IMG/VR virus record: IMGVR_UViG_3300033148_007360
Coordinates: 1-64,000 of that record
Length of the DNA: 64,000 nt
Reading direction: 5' to 3' (one strand)
Origin: a virus
This document shows positions 17,782 through 28,223 of the stretch, in pieces (positions within the stretch are counted from its first letter, which is position 1; every line of letters begins with the position of its first letter). The translations under genes were made by a program, and so were the position numbers. Under the pieces are notes generated by a model. That model searched no databases and was not told where the DNA came from. It worked only from the letters and a program-made list of their open reading frames with translations.

Positions 17782-18085
17782 TGCTTTTACCTAAAATATC
17801 CTGAACAGCGTGTTTCACTCTACGACCAAGAGACCATCCTGGCTTGAACCCAACTTTTACAACAAGGCAACTATCCGAAGATGCCTTAGCAAACCCTCCA
17901 GGATTCAACATATAAGACGTTACAAAAAACTTACCAAATTCCTCCAACCTAACCTCTGATGCCACCTCCAATGACTTTGTAATAACCTCCAAAAACTCCC
18001 GTATCACGGTGCGGGCAGTGTCCACATCAACACCCGTCCTTCTGGATACTTCAAAAACCACTTCCTTCTCCGTCACTCTCAACAA
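17774..18085 (-). CDS. HU/IHF-family DNA-binding protein
   Basis: EVRLEEFGKF, NP, VGFKPG. Confidence 0.8.
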   Translation of the reverse strand: MLRVTEKEVVFEVSRRTGVDVDTARTVIREFLEVITKSLEVASEVRLEEFGKFFVTSYMLNPGGFAKASSDSCLVVKVGFKPGWSLGRRVKHAVQDILGKSND

Positions 18086-18091
18086 GCTCCT

Positions 18092-20029
18092 CTAATTCTC
18101 AAAAAGTTTATCAAGATCATCCGCAGAGCGTAAGCGATCAGTCGCAGGCGGAAGTCTAGGCTCAGCACTACCCACCTTCTTATCATCGTAGAACTCGGCC
18201 AACGACCCTGTAACAGCATCCCACAAATCCTTAGACCCACCGCGGGGCTTATCTATCTTACCATTTGGTAACGTAATGACTCCCCCGACTTCCTCCTCAT
18301 AAGGCTCATACGGATAAGTTGAAATAAGTCCGTAGCAAATCAAGTCCCGATGAGCGCCGGAGTATTCCGGGTGCCCATCAACCGACCTAAGCAACACACG
18401 CTGAAACCCGGCCTTCCTCAACGTTTGCCTCGGCTGCCCGCTCTCAAACCTGTCAAAAGACACCGACCGGATTGGATACCCGATTGAACGCAAGTACAGA
18501 ATAAAATCAACAACTTTCCCGAGATCAATCTCATCTCCGGGTGGATTCACAATCCGTAGCATGAAATCTATAAAGTAAGTCTGCCGCTTTACCACAGTCT
18601 TAACATCCCCCTTGAACGTCTCCACTTGACGTAAACCCCCCTCGCAGGTCGCGGCTATCCCGGCAGCACATTTGTTCAAGGCCAAATCCACATGAATCGA
18701 GCGGTAACTCTCAGGATAATACACCGGCTTATATCTACTTGACTCTGGAGTTGGTTTCCGAAGAATCGCATCGGTAAGAAAATAATCGGACAAAGACACA
18801 TCGGAATCCACCCCCAGCACAGCCTCCATAACACTAAACGGATGTTCGCGAGAGTTATCAATACACTGATACAATTTCCCCGGAGGAACTAATTTGCTTT
18901 TACCGTGAGTACTCACTCCAGCCAAATCCCGGAGAGCCGAATCAGTATCGAACTCAAACCTGTCCCAGAATCTCATGGGAACACTTACGATTTTCCTGTC
19001 AGTTCCCTCCGGCAGCCTGTCCCTCCGCTTCGTAACCACGGACGGCCTGTTACCATCCCCCACAACCACCCAAAACACTTTGTTGTCATCCCCAGTCTCA
19101 GGCTTTACATCCCATAAAGAATAGCGGCTCTCATAAACGTAACGTTTATTTCCCAACTTTTCCGCAATGACATCCATAAAACTCTTTTCCTCACGTGCAG
19201 ATGAAGCCAAGCAGAATAAACCCGGAATCCCGCCCGCTGCACTACCAAAGCGAGAAACCGACCTGTCTAAAGACTGCTGAAACAAGAAAAACATCTGATC
19301 TTCCTCGATGGACAGCCTCCGTGCATCCCCCTCTTTCCCGAAATTGGCCTCATCCAACAGTCCCCCAAACAGGTCTTCCCCAAATACAGACACAGCGCTA
19401 GCACCAACAGCAATACCTATATTAGACGGAAGGCCGAGATACCTATCAACCTCGTCGTCAACAGTAAACTTCAAGTCGCAGAAAAACGGTGAATTCTTCA
19501 GTAACCTCCGAATCCTGTCATAATCCACGTCCTCCGCCCTGTACTTGAAGACGTTAAACAGGCCGAAAACCATCCTGCTCCCAGACCATAAACCGTAAAA
19601 CCCAGCCGGGTCATGCATCAGGCACAAGCGACAAATCTTATAGAGAAGTGCAATAAGGCTAACGGTAGTTTTCCCGATACCAATAGCTCCCCCAAGAAGC
19701 CATATATAATACCCCGAACTGAGAACCGTCAACAACTCATTCTTCCACTTAGGAAAAATAGCTCTGGAAAAAGTACCTAAGTAATACGGATCTTCAAGAA
19801 ACTGTCTTGGAGTGGGAGGTGGACGCTTGAAGTCCTCCTCCCAAAGTCTACCAAGCAAAGCAGAGTCAGACAGCAGGCTCTCATTGGAAATCAGCTCTCT
19901 AACCACATCCCTCAAGTCCTTCGGAAGATCAAGGAAGGGTTGAAGGCTGTTTCCCCGAAGCCCCCTGATTGCCTCTACTACTTGTTCATTTCGTACACCC
20001 TCAGGACTCATCTTCCTCAACTTCTTCAT
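18092..20029 (-). CDS. terL: Terminase large subunit
   Basis: Walker A GAIGIGKT, Walker B LLDE, HVDLA nuclease Asp, SKDLWDAV. Confidence 0.92.
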   Translation of the reverse strand: MKKLRKMSPEGVRNEQVVEAIRGLRGNSLQPFLDLPKDLRDVVRELISNESLLSDSALLGRLWEEDFKRPPPTPRQFLEDPYYLGTFSRAIFPKWKNELLTVLSSGYYIWLLGGAIGIGKTTVSLIALLYKICRLCLMHDPAGFYGLWSGSRMVFGLFNVFKYRAEDVDYDRIRRLLKNSPFFCDLKFTVDDEVDRYLGLPSNIGIAVGASAVSVFGEDLFGGLLDEANFGKEGDARRLSIEEDQMFFLFQQSLDRSVSRFGSAAGGIPGLFCLASSAREEKSFMDVIAEKLGNKRYVYESRYSLWDVKPETGDDNKVFWVVVGDGNRPSVVTKRRDRLPEGTDRKIVSVPMRFWDRFEFDTDSALRDLAGVSTHGKSKLVPPGKLYQCIDNSREHPFSVMEAVLGVDSDVSLSDYFLTDAILRKPTPESSRYKPVYYPESYRSIHVDLALNKCAAGIAATCEGGLRQVETFKGDVKTVVKRQTYFIDFMLRIVNPPGDEIDLGKVVDFILYLRSIGYPIRSVSFDRFESGQPRQTLRKAGFQRVLLRSVDGHPEYSGAHRDLICYGLISTYPYEPYEEEVGGVITLPNGKIDKPRGGSKDLWDAVTGSLAEFYDDKKVGSAEPRLPPATDRLRSADDLDKLFEN

Positions 20030-20564
20030 CCACTCCCTTTATCGAATCCTCGATAGCTGCCAGCGCCCCCCTGACCAGCTCTCGCTCTGAAGGGGATAAA
20101 GAGCGAAAGTGTCTCAACTCCTCCGGTTCGTCATTCTCTTTATTCTCTCCAACAACCTCGCCTTCAATAACTAAAGCTCCCCTTGCCGCCTGCCGCCGCA
20201 GGGATTCGATCTCACTACGCATTTTCAACGTCTGCCGCTGATTATCTATATGCTCCTTTAAACCTTTTAATATCACACCATAGGCCCGCACCACATCTGA
20301 ATACTCCGCATTTTCTATTCGGCTCGGACAAGTCAAAAAATCTTCCATCCGACTGGCAGCGCCCAGCATTCTTTCCACCCTCTCTATCTGAACCATAGCA
20401 GCAGCTATTAAGGAAACCTCCAACTTAGCCTCGTAGTTCTTTAATACGAACCTCACAGCATCCCTGGCACGCTCCACATCGGACTCTTTATTTGAAACGA
20501 CTCTGGCAATCACCCTTAAAGCGTCAACAGCCGTCCCGTCAAACTTTCTCTCATCACCGCTCAT
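20001..20564 (-). CDS. Helical protein, possible terminase small subunit
   Basis: Immediately upstream of terL; coiled-coil character. Confidence 0.4.
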   Translation of the reverse strand: MSGDERKFDGTAVDALRVIARVVSNKESDVERARDAVRFVLKNYEAKLEVSLIAAAMVQIERVERMLGAASRMEDFLTCPSRIENAEYSDVVRAYGVILKGLKEHIDNQRQTLKMRSEIESLRRQAARGALVIEGEVVGENKENDEPEELRHFRSLSPSERELVRGALAAIEDSIKGVDEEVEEDES

Positions 20565-20953
20565 CTAACCACATCCACCTTCAACCTCAAAGTCTCTTCA
20601 AAATACTCTTTAACCGCCTTGTATATCTTTCTTATTCCCGCTTCGGACAGAGAAAAATGACTAGCTAAATCAGCAACGACCTCACTCTCCGTATCCTTAC
20701 CCTCGTGTAACTTCACCCTGGAATAAATGGTAACATCCCTAGCAGCCCTCTCTAAAATATTCCTCGACGGAACCCGAAACTCACACCCCGAAAAAATATC
20801 CAAAAAATCCATCAATTTCTCTTTCCCGAATACTTCGTACAACTCCGGCAGTAACGAGAACTCGTCAAGGTAATATAAATAAACCATCACAGCATCCAAT
20901 TGGCTCCGAGTAACCGGATTCACCAGCAGCAGTTTTTGATCACCCTTCTTCAC
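20561..20953 (-). CDS. Mor/C-like transcription activator
   Basis: ELYEVFGKEKLMDFLDIFSGCEFRVPS + C-terminal HTH; GTGA overlap sets the start. Confidence 0.65.
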   Translation of the reverse strand: MKKGDQKLLLVNPVTRSQLDAVMVYLYYLDEFSLLPELYEVFGKEKLMDFLDIFSGCEFRVPSRNILERAARDVTIYSRVKLHEGKDTESEVVADLASHFSLSEAGIRKIYKAVKEYFEETLRLKVDVVR

Positions 20954-21549
20954 AGAGACTCCCGCAGATTTAACAATGTCATGCGGTAGGTAGCAACAAC
21001 CCACTCCCGCAAAAACTTTACTATACCTATATCAATTCTATAGAATTTAGATAAATACTTTACCTGCCCGTCCGCAATTGATCCATTATTCAACATGCCA
21101 AATAATGCTGCTGTGGCACTCCAGTACGGATCTCGAAATCTTATTCTCGACAGCACTTCATCCCGAACAACAGAACCCAGCTCACGGAGAAAAACATAAT
21201 CTATAGCAGTTGCCGGACTATATCCCTTATCATACGTCTCCAGCTCATACTGCTCTGGCACATCAATCCGGTTCTTACCCATAACACGATATACAGCAGC
21301 AATTGTAACCTTCGACAAATAAGCCTCTAGCCCCTCCTCCCGCTCAAAATATAATCTGTTACTGCCCATAACCCGAGTATATACTTGTATAAACGATTCC
21401 TGAACCACATCATCCCTAAGATGGAGTGCCACCTCTTTGGGTACCCTCGACTTTATAAACCGAAACAAATCACCGGCAAATTCATCCACCCGCTCCGAAA
21501 CTTCACCGCTGTTTATTATCTCCAACAGTCTTGACACATCAACCGTCAC
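20950..21549 (-). CDS. Possible sigma-like factor (region 2 similarity)
   Basis: DDVVQESFIQVY...LEAYL resembles ECF region 2. Confidence 0.4.
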   Translation of the reverse strand: MTVDVSRLLEIINSGEVSERVDEFAGDLFRFIKSRVPKEVALHLRDDVVQESFIQVYTRVMGSNRLYFEREEGLEAYLSKVTIAAVYRVMGKNRIDVPEQYELETYDKGYSPATAIDYVFLRELGSVVRDEVLSRIRFRDPYWSATAALFGMLNNGSIADGQVKYLSKFYRIDIGIVKFLREWVVATYRMTLLNLRESL

Positions 21550-22099
21550 AACCCAACATCCCCCTTACAGCACGCCTCCGAGCAAACTCCGCCAAACAAC
21601 ACGCATCAACAATCCCCTGATGCGCCTTCGTCCTCCGGCTCCCTTGATTAGCTAACGTGAAATCAACGCCTGGAAACAGTCTCTTCGCAACCTGAACCGC
21701 GGAACTCTTCGGATCGCTCTTGTCCATCCCCTGCAATATCTCTTTTTGCCATACTCGCGGGGTTACCAGCTCAAACGAAACTTCATTTGCTACCAGCAGC
21801 CCCTGCCATATACCGAACCCGGTACCGAAAGAAAACATGCTGGTAACACCCTGTCCGGGAAAAGCATGCACCTTCTCATAAGCGCAAAACACCCGGAAAT
21901 CCACGGACAACCTCTTGACTATATCATTCATCTTAGAAATATCGTACTCCTGCCTCTTTTTCTTTCCACTACTCACCTGAATAACAGGAGTTGGCTCATA
22001 GTAGATAAACCCACCATCCGTAAAACCAAACACCCCACCAGTAAGCCCCGGATCAATGCCGACATACATCACAGATTTACCCTGCTCTCTATCCATCAC
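21539..22099 (-). CDS. RuvC-like Holliday junction resolvase
   Basis: GIDPGLTG, EKVHAFPGQGVTSMFSFG, VTPRVWQK, DA. Confidence 0.9.
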   Translation of the reverse strand: MMDREQGKSVMYVGIDPGLTGGVFGFTDGGFIYYEPTPVIQVSSGKKKRQEYDISKMNDIVKRLSVDFRVFCAYEKVHAFPGQGVTSMFSFGTGFGIWQGLLVANEVSFELVTPRVWQKEILQGMDKSDPKSSAVQVAKRLFPGVDFTLANQGSRRTKAHQGIVDACCLAEFARRRAVRGMLGCDG

Positions 22100-22796
22100 T
22101 CCGTCCCACGTAACTACTTGGCACTACAGCCACGATTTGATACCTATCCCCCTTGCGAACCACAGACCACCCCTTTTCAATAGCTTTTTTACTTGAATAC
22201 CAGTTTAGCCTGTCCCGCACAAGCGGAGGAGAAAAAGATGTATCCGGTGACTTGGCAGCTTCAAGCAGTTCCCCATAACTCCTCGGCTGAAGTAAATACT
22301 TGTGAAACGTCGTGGATGGTGCCTTTCCACGCCACAGTTTAGATATTGGCACTAATCTGTAACTAGATGGCAAAGAACCCTCATCCTTCACTTTCGCACC
22401 AACCTGTATACCCTCCACTGTTATAATGTCCTTCACTAGAGATTCACCCGAATCGAGAGCAACATCGTCAAAAGTGAGTTTTTGATCATCTTCAGCCGTA
22501 CTATCATGAGAGGTCTTCAATTTACTCAGTTCCGACTGAAAAACCTTATCAAGCGTTAAGAGTTCTTTGAACAAGCCCGGCACCGTCCTCTTTTCCCGGT
22601 TCATGTCACCAACAGCCCTCAGAACGGAAGCACTTTTAAGAGACAATTCTCCCGTCTCATGATGATGATTGGCAATTGCCTCTATCAACCGCTCTAAAAC
22701 CTTCATTGAAGCAAAAGAATACCGCCTGCAAGTGTTTTCCAAAGAACTGGCCAATCCTGTCCTCTCCAAAATGGCTTTTACATCCTCGTACTGCAT
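22089..22796 (-). CDS. Hypothetical protein
   Basis: Coupled ORF. Confidence 0.65.
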   Translation of the reverse strand: MQYEDVKAILERTGLASSLENTCRRYSFASMKVLERLIEAIANHHHETGELSLKSASVLRAVGDMNREKRTVPGLFKELLTLDKVFQSELSKLKTSHDSTAEDDQKLTFDDVALDSGESLVKDIITVEGIQVGAKVKDEGSLPSSYRLVPISKLWRGKAPSTTFHKYLLQPRSYGELLEAAKSPDTSFSPPLVRDRLNWYSSKKAIEKGWSVVRKGDRYQIVAVVPSSYVGRSDG

Positions 22797-24142
22797 GACG
22801 CTCCTATCCTTTCTTTAGCGATTCTAAAGTATCCCTCATCCTTCTCTATACCGAAAAAAGTAAACCCAAGTTCAGCACAGGCCATTCCTGTCGTACCAGA
22901 ACCCATAAACGGGTCTAACACTATTCCTCCCGGCGGGGTTATGAGTTGTACCAGATATTTCACGAGTTTAAGAGGCTTTACCGTGGCGTGATTGTTCGTC
23001 GCCCCATTCAACCCCCGATTCCGTTCTTTTTTTGACGCCTTTGCACAATAATAGACTTTTTGTTGCTGTTCTGAATACAGAGGAATTTGTTTGTAAAAAC
23101 GGGAAGCTCCACCTATATCCCCAAACCCGCCCAAGCTTTGAGGTTTATAACCTTCTTTATATTTTCCATATATATACGGATTCGGTGCCGCTTTTTGGCT
23201 TGCCTCACCCGTACCACCGCTTGACCTACTTACACCGCTTTGCTTGTCTAGTGTAGTACATGGACAATTTCCATCCACATGTTTACCGCTCCCCTCTTTT
23301 CCCTCACAAGTACACCCAAGAATAATATTTGCAGGCCAACGGCCCTTATTATGGGGTTTCTGCCTGTGCTCCGACAAGGGAGCATTCGATTGACTCTTTC
23401 CTGCAAAATTGCCTGTGCGACCCGAACCGCCACCCGGAACCATTTCTATAGATTCGATGCGACTTGCATCTATATTTATCCCTCCCGTCCCCCATTTCAA
23501 AACATTCCAAGCCACTGAAAAACCCTTCTCAAGAGGCTTTCTTGCAAGCAAAATCGGCTCGTGTGCAGGTTTCAACGCCGTACCCCACCCATCCCATTGC
23601 TTTGCTTTATCAGACGCTGGCGCGGTAATTTGAGCTGCCCGAAACCGAGCGTCTTCTCTGTGCCCATATAACCCTCCACCTCCACCATACTTGCCACCCC
23701 CACCAGGCGACAAATGATAACCGGGCGTATCCAGCTTATCTCCAATAATTTGTCCCTTTTCGCCCTTCACCTTATCAATAGCTTTTGATATATTATGGGA
23801 TTTTGGAAAACCTGACCCGTAAACCCACATAATCGTATCCCTTATCTCAAATCCGATATCTTCAACAGCGCTCGCCAACCTGTGAAACGTCCGCGTACCC
23901 CCAAATACCAATATATGCGCACCGGGCTTCAAAACCCTGTAAACCTTTTCCAACCACATCCGATGCCATGATTGCATCTTCTGTCCCTCATTATCCCCCG
24001 GCAATTCCTTGTGCTGCGAATCAAATGGTAAATTCATAAAATTCAGTAGATACGGCGGGTCGGTTACGACCGCATCAATGGAATCCACCGCGAAGTTGTC
24101 GAGAGTCTTTAAGCAATCTCCATGAATTAACTTGACCTTCAT
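22778..24142 (-). CDS. DNA methyltransferase, N4/N6 (beta-class)
   Basis: TDPPY, GSGFPKS, HATVKP, DPFMGSGTT. Confidence 0.95.
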   Translation of the reverse strand: MKVKLIHGDCLKTLDNFAVDSIDAVVTDPPYLLNFMNLPFDSQHKELPGDNEGQKMQSWHRMWLEKVYRVLKPGAHILVFGGTRTFHRLASAVEDIGFEIRDTIMWVYGSGFPKSHNISKAIDKVKGEKGQIIGDKLDTPGYHLSPGGGGKYGGGGGLYGHREDARFRAAQITAPASDKAKQWDGWGTALKPAHEPILLARKPLEKGFSVAWNVLKWGTGGINIDASRIESIEMVPGGGSGRTGNFAGKSQSNAPLSEHRQKPHNKGRWPANIILGCTCEGKEGSGKHVDGNCPCTTLDKQSGVSRSSGGTGEASQKAAPNPYIYGKYKEGYKPQSLGGFGDIGGASRFYKQIPLYSEQQQKVYYCAKASKKERNRGLNGATNNHATVKPLKLVKYLVQLITPPGGIVLDPFMGSGTTGMACAELGFTFFGIEKDEGYFRIAKERIGASCSTRM

Positions 24143-24355
24143 CTAGCCCCCGCTCGACTCGGTAGTATACATTTGACATGCAGGACAATAGTGACAACAA
24201 AATTCCGTAGCCACCCACCCCGTCTTAATAAATCCAGCTATATACTCATAAGGATAAGCAATAGGATTGGGAACCGATAACTCCATTTTAGCACCACACC
24301 TATCACAATAAACATCGTATTTTTGTATATGCTCCACGGACATTTCTTTCAGCAT
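24143..24355 (-). CDS. Small zinc-finger protein
   Basis: CDRCG...GW...HYCPAC. Confidence 0.7.
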   Translation of the reverse strand: MLKEMSVEHIQKYDVYCDRCGAKMELSVPNPIAYPYEYIAGFIKTGWVATEFCCHYCPACQMYTTESSGG

Positions 24356-27168
24356 TTCTCTACTCTACTCTCTCCATCCGACTTCTCGATGCGGATTCTG
24401 TTGGAAACTTTCGACCTGAGTTCCACATCTTGAGTCACCAAGTAAACCGCCTTCGACTCCTGTAAAGCAAAAGCCTCCAACGCTTCAGTAATGGCCTCGC
24501 GCCCGGTTCTATCTATCGGGTCTAGAAATTCATCCACCACCATGTAATTTGTCCTAACCCCCAAGTGCTTGGCCGTAGCAGCAATCAGAGCCAAACGGAT
24601 GACAAAATCAAGTCGGCGCTTCTCCCCTGAACTGAACTGGCCGTATCTTCGTGGAGATGCTTCCAATGTGACCGGCCTCTTGTTAGTATCGTTTAGCACG
24701 ATTTTTAACCGTGCCTGTACAGAAGGATATAACAGCGGCAGCATATCGTCAAGCATCTCGTTTACGGTCGTCAAAAAATTCCTCAACAAAAATCCCCTCA
24801 CACCGTTACTCGACAAGTATCCTCGGTTCGAGTCATAGAGCCTCCCCAGAATGCCCAATTCATCATCGGCAGACTCCAACTCACCCTCCAGCCTGCTAAC
24901 TTTGTTCTCGTACTCTCCGACGCGGTCTCTTAATCCCCGTATACGAGCCTCCCTCTCCTCCGCATCCTTAATACGCCTGTCCATATCTTTGACATCCGCC
25001 CGAAGACGGCAGCACTCTTTTTCAAATTCCCTAAGTCTGTCCTTGCACTCATAAGTTTCCAGGCTGTAATGTTCATTTACCTTGTTGGACTCCGACTCCA
25101 ACTCCTCCAAATTCCCCTCCGCCGCTTCACGTTCACTCTCCAACGAATCAAGCATCTCCTTGACATCCGACACACTCAAAAAATTACCACACACCGGACA
25201 GGACACAGTACCATCCTCGGAGCGATTACTCAAAGCATTCTCAAGTTCCTCAATACGTTTCTTGAAATATCTAATAAGAGAATCCGCTGCGGATAAACTG
25301 CTCCCCATAACTTCCCGCCTTGCATCCCACTCCTTATAAATGTCTCTATATGCCTTCTCTTCCAATATAAGACATCTCTTTTTATCGCTTAAAGTCTCCC
25401 GCAACCTGTTTCTCTCCCCCATAAGGCTATCAACCGAATCAAGAAACCTCCGTTCTTCAAACTCAAGAGTCTCCTGAAATGAAACCAACTTGCTCCTGGC
25501 TTCGTTTAGAGACTTTTCCAACCTATCCTTTCTTACCTTCACATCCGCCTTTTGCTCCTTTACCCACGACAACAAACTGTCAAAAACCTTTACCACAGGA
25601 ACCATGCGCTCCAAGTATTCTATCTGCTCGGATGGCGTCTGCTCTAAAAGTTCCCTGCCCTCCCCAACAACAACAAGTTCAAGGAAGGACTCCCCGAAAA
25701 GTTCGTTTATAAGAGACCGCTTCTCCTTAGCCCCACGCGGCGTTATATCATCCCCACCCTTATAAACTACAACGCCCTCGGAAGACCTTGAAATGGTATA
25801 ATTTTCGCCGTCTATCACAGCCTCAAGCACAACCTCCGGTGGCAAACCGTCCTTGCCCACGTCCGACTCGGAGCGTGAAGTCCCTTTATACAAAACCCAG
25901 CTTAATGCGTCCACCAAGAGGGAAGTCTTCCCGCTACCATTATGGTCTTTTCCCGCTTCGTTATTCACGCCAGACACGGCAAAAAGTCCCGCATCGCCTA
26001 TCTTGAACTCGGCATCCGCCCAAGACATGAAGTTGCGTAGCATCAACTTGCGAATAATAACAACCTTATTCACCCGACCTGCCCACAATGAACCCCTGAA
26101 AACATCGTTGGCATCAAGATAGCCAAGAATCCTGTCAGCCTTATCCGCATCGCCAACGGAAACGATATATTGTTTCAAGACATCCCTCGGTTCCTCGACA
26201 TTCGAGTCCTTGACAGAAACGCCACTAATCTCAACAGGACGGCTGGATTGAACAGAGTATGTCTCCAGAACATCAATCACATCATCCGCAAACTGGGGAT
26301 AAATCTCCACAAAATCCTTCGGCACCCTTGCACAAATAACCGGAGGGCGCGACTTTTCATCCCTTACAAGTCCTTCTATATCACTCTTTATCCTCTCGTT
26401 GGAAACGTCTCGGCCCAAAGCAGCGCTGTTGTAGAACGATGGACTGTGGGGATTCCGGTGAAATACCCAGTCAAAGCCACCTCCTCCTCCTTTATCCACC
26501 ACTTCAACAGCATAGGCATCAATCCAATCATTGAAACTATTACACAAAGAAGTACCCGGTTGTAAGTAAGTCACCCCATGAAGATGACACCCTTTTAAAC
26601 AACGGGAAGGACTTAAAAAGTGGTGAAAGTGCCCGTTTACGACAAGGTCGCCAAGTTCGGACGGGGAAATACCAAGTTTTTCATACTCCACGTGAGAAGC
26701 CACGATAGAATTTGAAACACTCAGAAAAGACGCCAATCGCTCCCGATTCTCCGTCCAAGGTATCAACAGAATATCTGGAAATACTTGTGAACTATACACT
26801 AAAGGTTCTACAACTTCAATCACGGAATCCAATACGGGAAGGGGGAAAAACCCACCCTCTCCGCTCAACCATTGGTCATGATTCCCGGAGATCGCCACAA
26901 CAGGATGCCCTGCCGCCAGCGCAATTTCATCAAAGCCCCTTGACAGCACCCTGAGAGCCGGAAAATCCACGGCTCCGGGCGAATCCCATACATCTCCCAG
27001 AAAAACAACCAAATCGCAGTTCTTGGCAAGATGCGCTATCCACCCAAGCGTCTCATCAAGCAACTCCAAGCGTCTGTTCCACCCATCCTTGTCAACAGGT
27101 CCCGCATAGATTGCCCGCGAGGAGGCATGTAAATCACCAAAAAATAGAGCGCTACCCCCAGCCATCAT
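24349..27168 (-). CDS. Mre11(SbcD/gp47)-Rad50(SbcC/gp46) fusion nuclease-ATPase
   Basis: GDLH, GDVWD, GNHD, GHFH, then LRNFMS, NGSGKTS, coiled coil with CPVC hook, FSSGE, VVDE, all in one frame. Confidence 0.92.
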   Translation of the reverse strand: MMAGGSALFFGDLHASSRAIYAGPVDKDGWNRRLELLDETLGWIAHLAKNCDLVVFLGDVWDSPGAVDFPALRVLSRGFDEIALAAGHPVVAISGNHDQWLSGEGGFFPLPVLDSVIEVVEPLVYSSQVFPDILLIPWTENRERLASFLSVSNSIVASHVEYEKLGISPSELGDLVVNGHFHHFLSPSRCLKGCHLHGVTYLQPGTSLCNSFNDWIDAYAVEVVDKGGGGGFDWVFHRNPHSPSFYNSAALGRDVSNERIKSDIEGLVRDEKSRPPVICARVPKDFVEIYPQFADDVIDVLETYSVQSSRPVEISGVSVKDSNVEEPRDVLKQYIVSVGDADKADRILGYLDANDVFRGSLWAGRVNKVVIIRKLMLRNFMSWADAEFKIGDAGLFAVSGVNNEAGKDHNGSGKTSLLVDALSWVLYKGTSRSESDVGKDGLPPEVVLEAVIDGENYTISRSSEGVVVYKGGDDITPRGAKEKRSLINELFGESFLELVVVGEGRELLEQTPSEQIEYLERMVPVVKVFDSLLSWVKEQKADVKVRKDRLEKSLNEARSKLVSFQETLEFEERRFLDSVDSLMGERNRLRETLSDKKRCLILEEKAYRDIYKEWDARREVMGSSLSAADSLIRYFKKRIEELENALSNRSEDGTVSCPVCGNFLSVSDVKEMLDSLESEREAAEGNLEELESESNKVNEHYSLETYECKDRLREFEKECCRLRADVKDMDRRIKDAEEREARIRGLRDRVGEYENKVSRLEGELESADDELGILGRLYDSNRGYLSSNGVRGFLLRNFLTTVNEMLDDMLPLLYPSVQARLKIVLNDTNKRPVTLEASPRRYGQFSSGEKRRLDFVIRLALIAATAKHLGVRTNYMVVDEFLDPIDRTGREAITEALEAFALQESKAVYLVTQDVELRSKVSNRIRIEKSDGESRVEKC

Positions 27169-27290
27169 TGACTCTCCATCTTCAAAGAAGTTCCCTTAGT
27201 ACCACCATTGTAACTCCACCACAAAGTGGACATCTTTCCATCCTTACACCCTCTCAATGAATCAACTCCCACTGCAACGTCTAACAACAA

Positions 27291-28223
27291 CTACCCTAGC
27301 ACGTAAAAAGGCGCAAACCAGTCAGGAGTGTCCTTGTACACATCCTGCAGCCCGTACTTCCGAATACACTTTAAAGCAGTATCGTGATCAAACGGCAACG
27401 GGTCTTTCATCTGCCTGCGAACATCCAGGACTTCCCGAATGCTAAACTCCTCAAGCCCCAAATCCAGCAACTCCATATTCACACCGACCTTATGCCAATG
27501 TTCAAGCACCTTCCTCGCCCTGCGGTTCGACTCTCCCAGCAGTTCAACTCCCTGACGCAACCCTGAAATCGTAGGGACAACCTTAAGTATCTCATAAGCG
27601 GTCTTCTCCCCGACTCCCGGAATACCCTCAGCTTCATTCGTATCCCCCACCAACACCTTATACAAAAGTGCCTGCTCCGGCTTGTACCCCACATGACTCT
27701 CGAAACTCGATTCAGTTATCAGGCGGTCGGCTTTGGGTTGATATATCTTCACCCTGCTATTCACCAACTGAAACATATCCGAATCATCCGATATGATGAC
27801 CACCGGAGCCGGATAACTTAAGGCGCACACGAGGGCGATAACGTCATCCCCCTCTCTACCGGATAATTGTATCGAGTGAACTCCAAAAACCGGAAAGATT
27901 CTATCCAATTCCCGTTGCTGACTCCGCCACAACTCCTTATATTTCTTATCATCTTCCGTTTCATCCTTTGATTTTTCCTTGTATTGAGGATAAATCTCTT
28001 TACGCCTGGGGGAGTGACCACCATCCCACACCCAATACACAGACGACACCGAAGTTTCCGAATCAGACACCTTGAACCTCAAAATAGACCGGAGTAACTT
28101 CAAAACACCGTACACTCCACCCAATTTACGTCCGTTCACCGTATAATCCGCCAGCGCCGGAGTCTTCAGAATGCGATGAAGTTGAAAATTCCCATCAACT
28201 ATTACCCGCATTTGCGGCTCCAA
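27291..28223 (-). CDS. 5'-3' exonuclease / flap endonuclease (T4 RNase H-like)
   Basis: VDGN, WDGG, YK, EGDD, SDDSD, GIPGVGEKTA. Confidence 0.92.
   Translation of the reverse strand: MEPQMRVIVDGNFQLHRILKTPALADYTVNGRKLGGVYGVLKLLRSILRFKVSDSETSVSSVYWVWDGGHSPRRKEIYPQYKEKSKDETEDDKKYKELWRSQQRELDRIFPVFGVHSIQLSGREGDDVIALVCALSYPAPVVIISDDSDMFQLVNSRVKIYQPKADRLITESSFESHVGYKPEQALLYKVLVGDTNEAEGIPGVGEKTAYEILKVVPTISGLRQGVELLGESNRRARKVLEHWHKVGVNMELLDLGLEEFSIREVLDVRRQMKDPLPFDHDTALKCIRKYGLQDVYKDTPDWFAPFYVLG

Noticed and set aside
18092-18125. TerL C-terminal LDKLF as a sliding-clamp-binding motif
   Set aside because: Short and degenerate; cannot be distinguished from chance without an alignment
27190-27245. 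Tiny ORF MERCPLCGGVTMVVLRELL (and a similar one at ~37305-37386)
   Set aside because: Too short to support; possibly gene remnants
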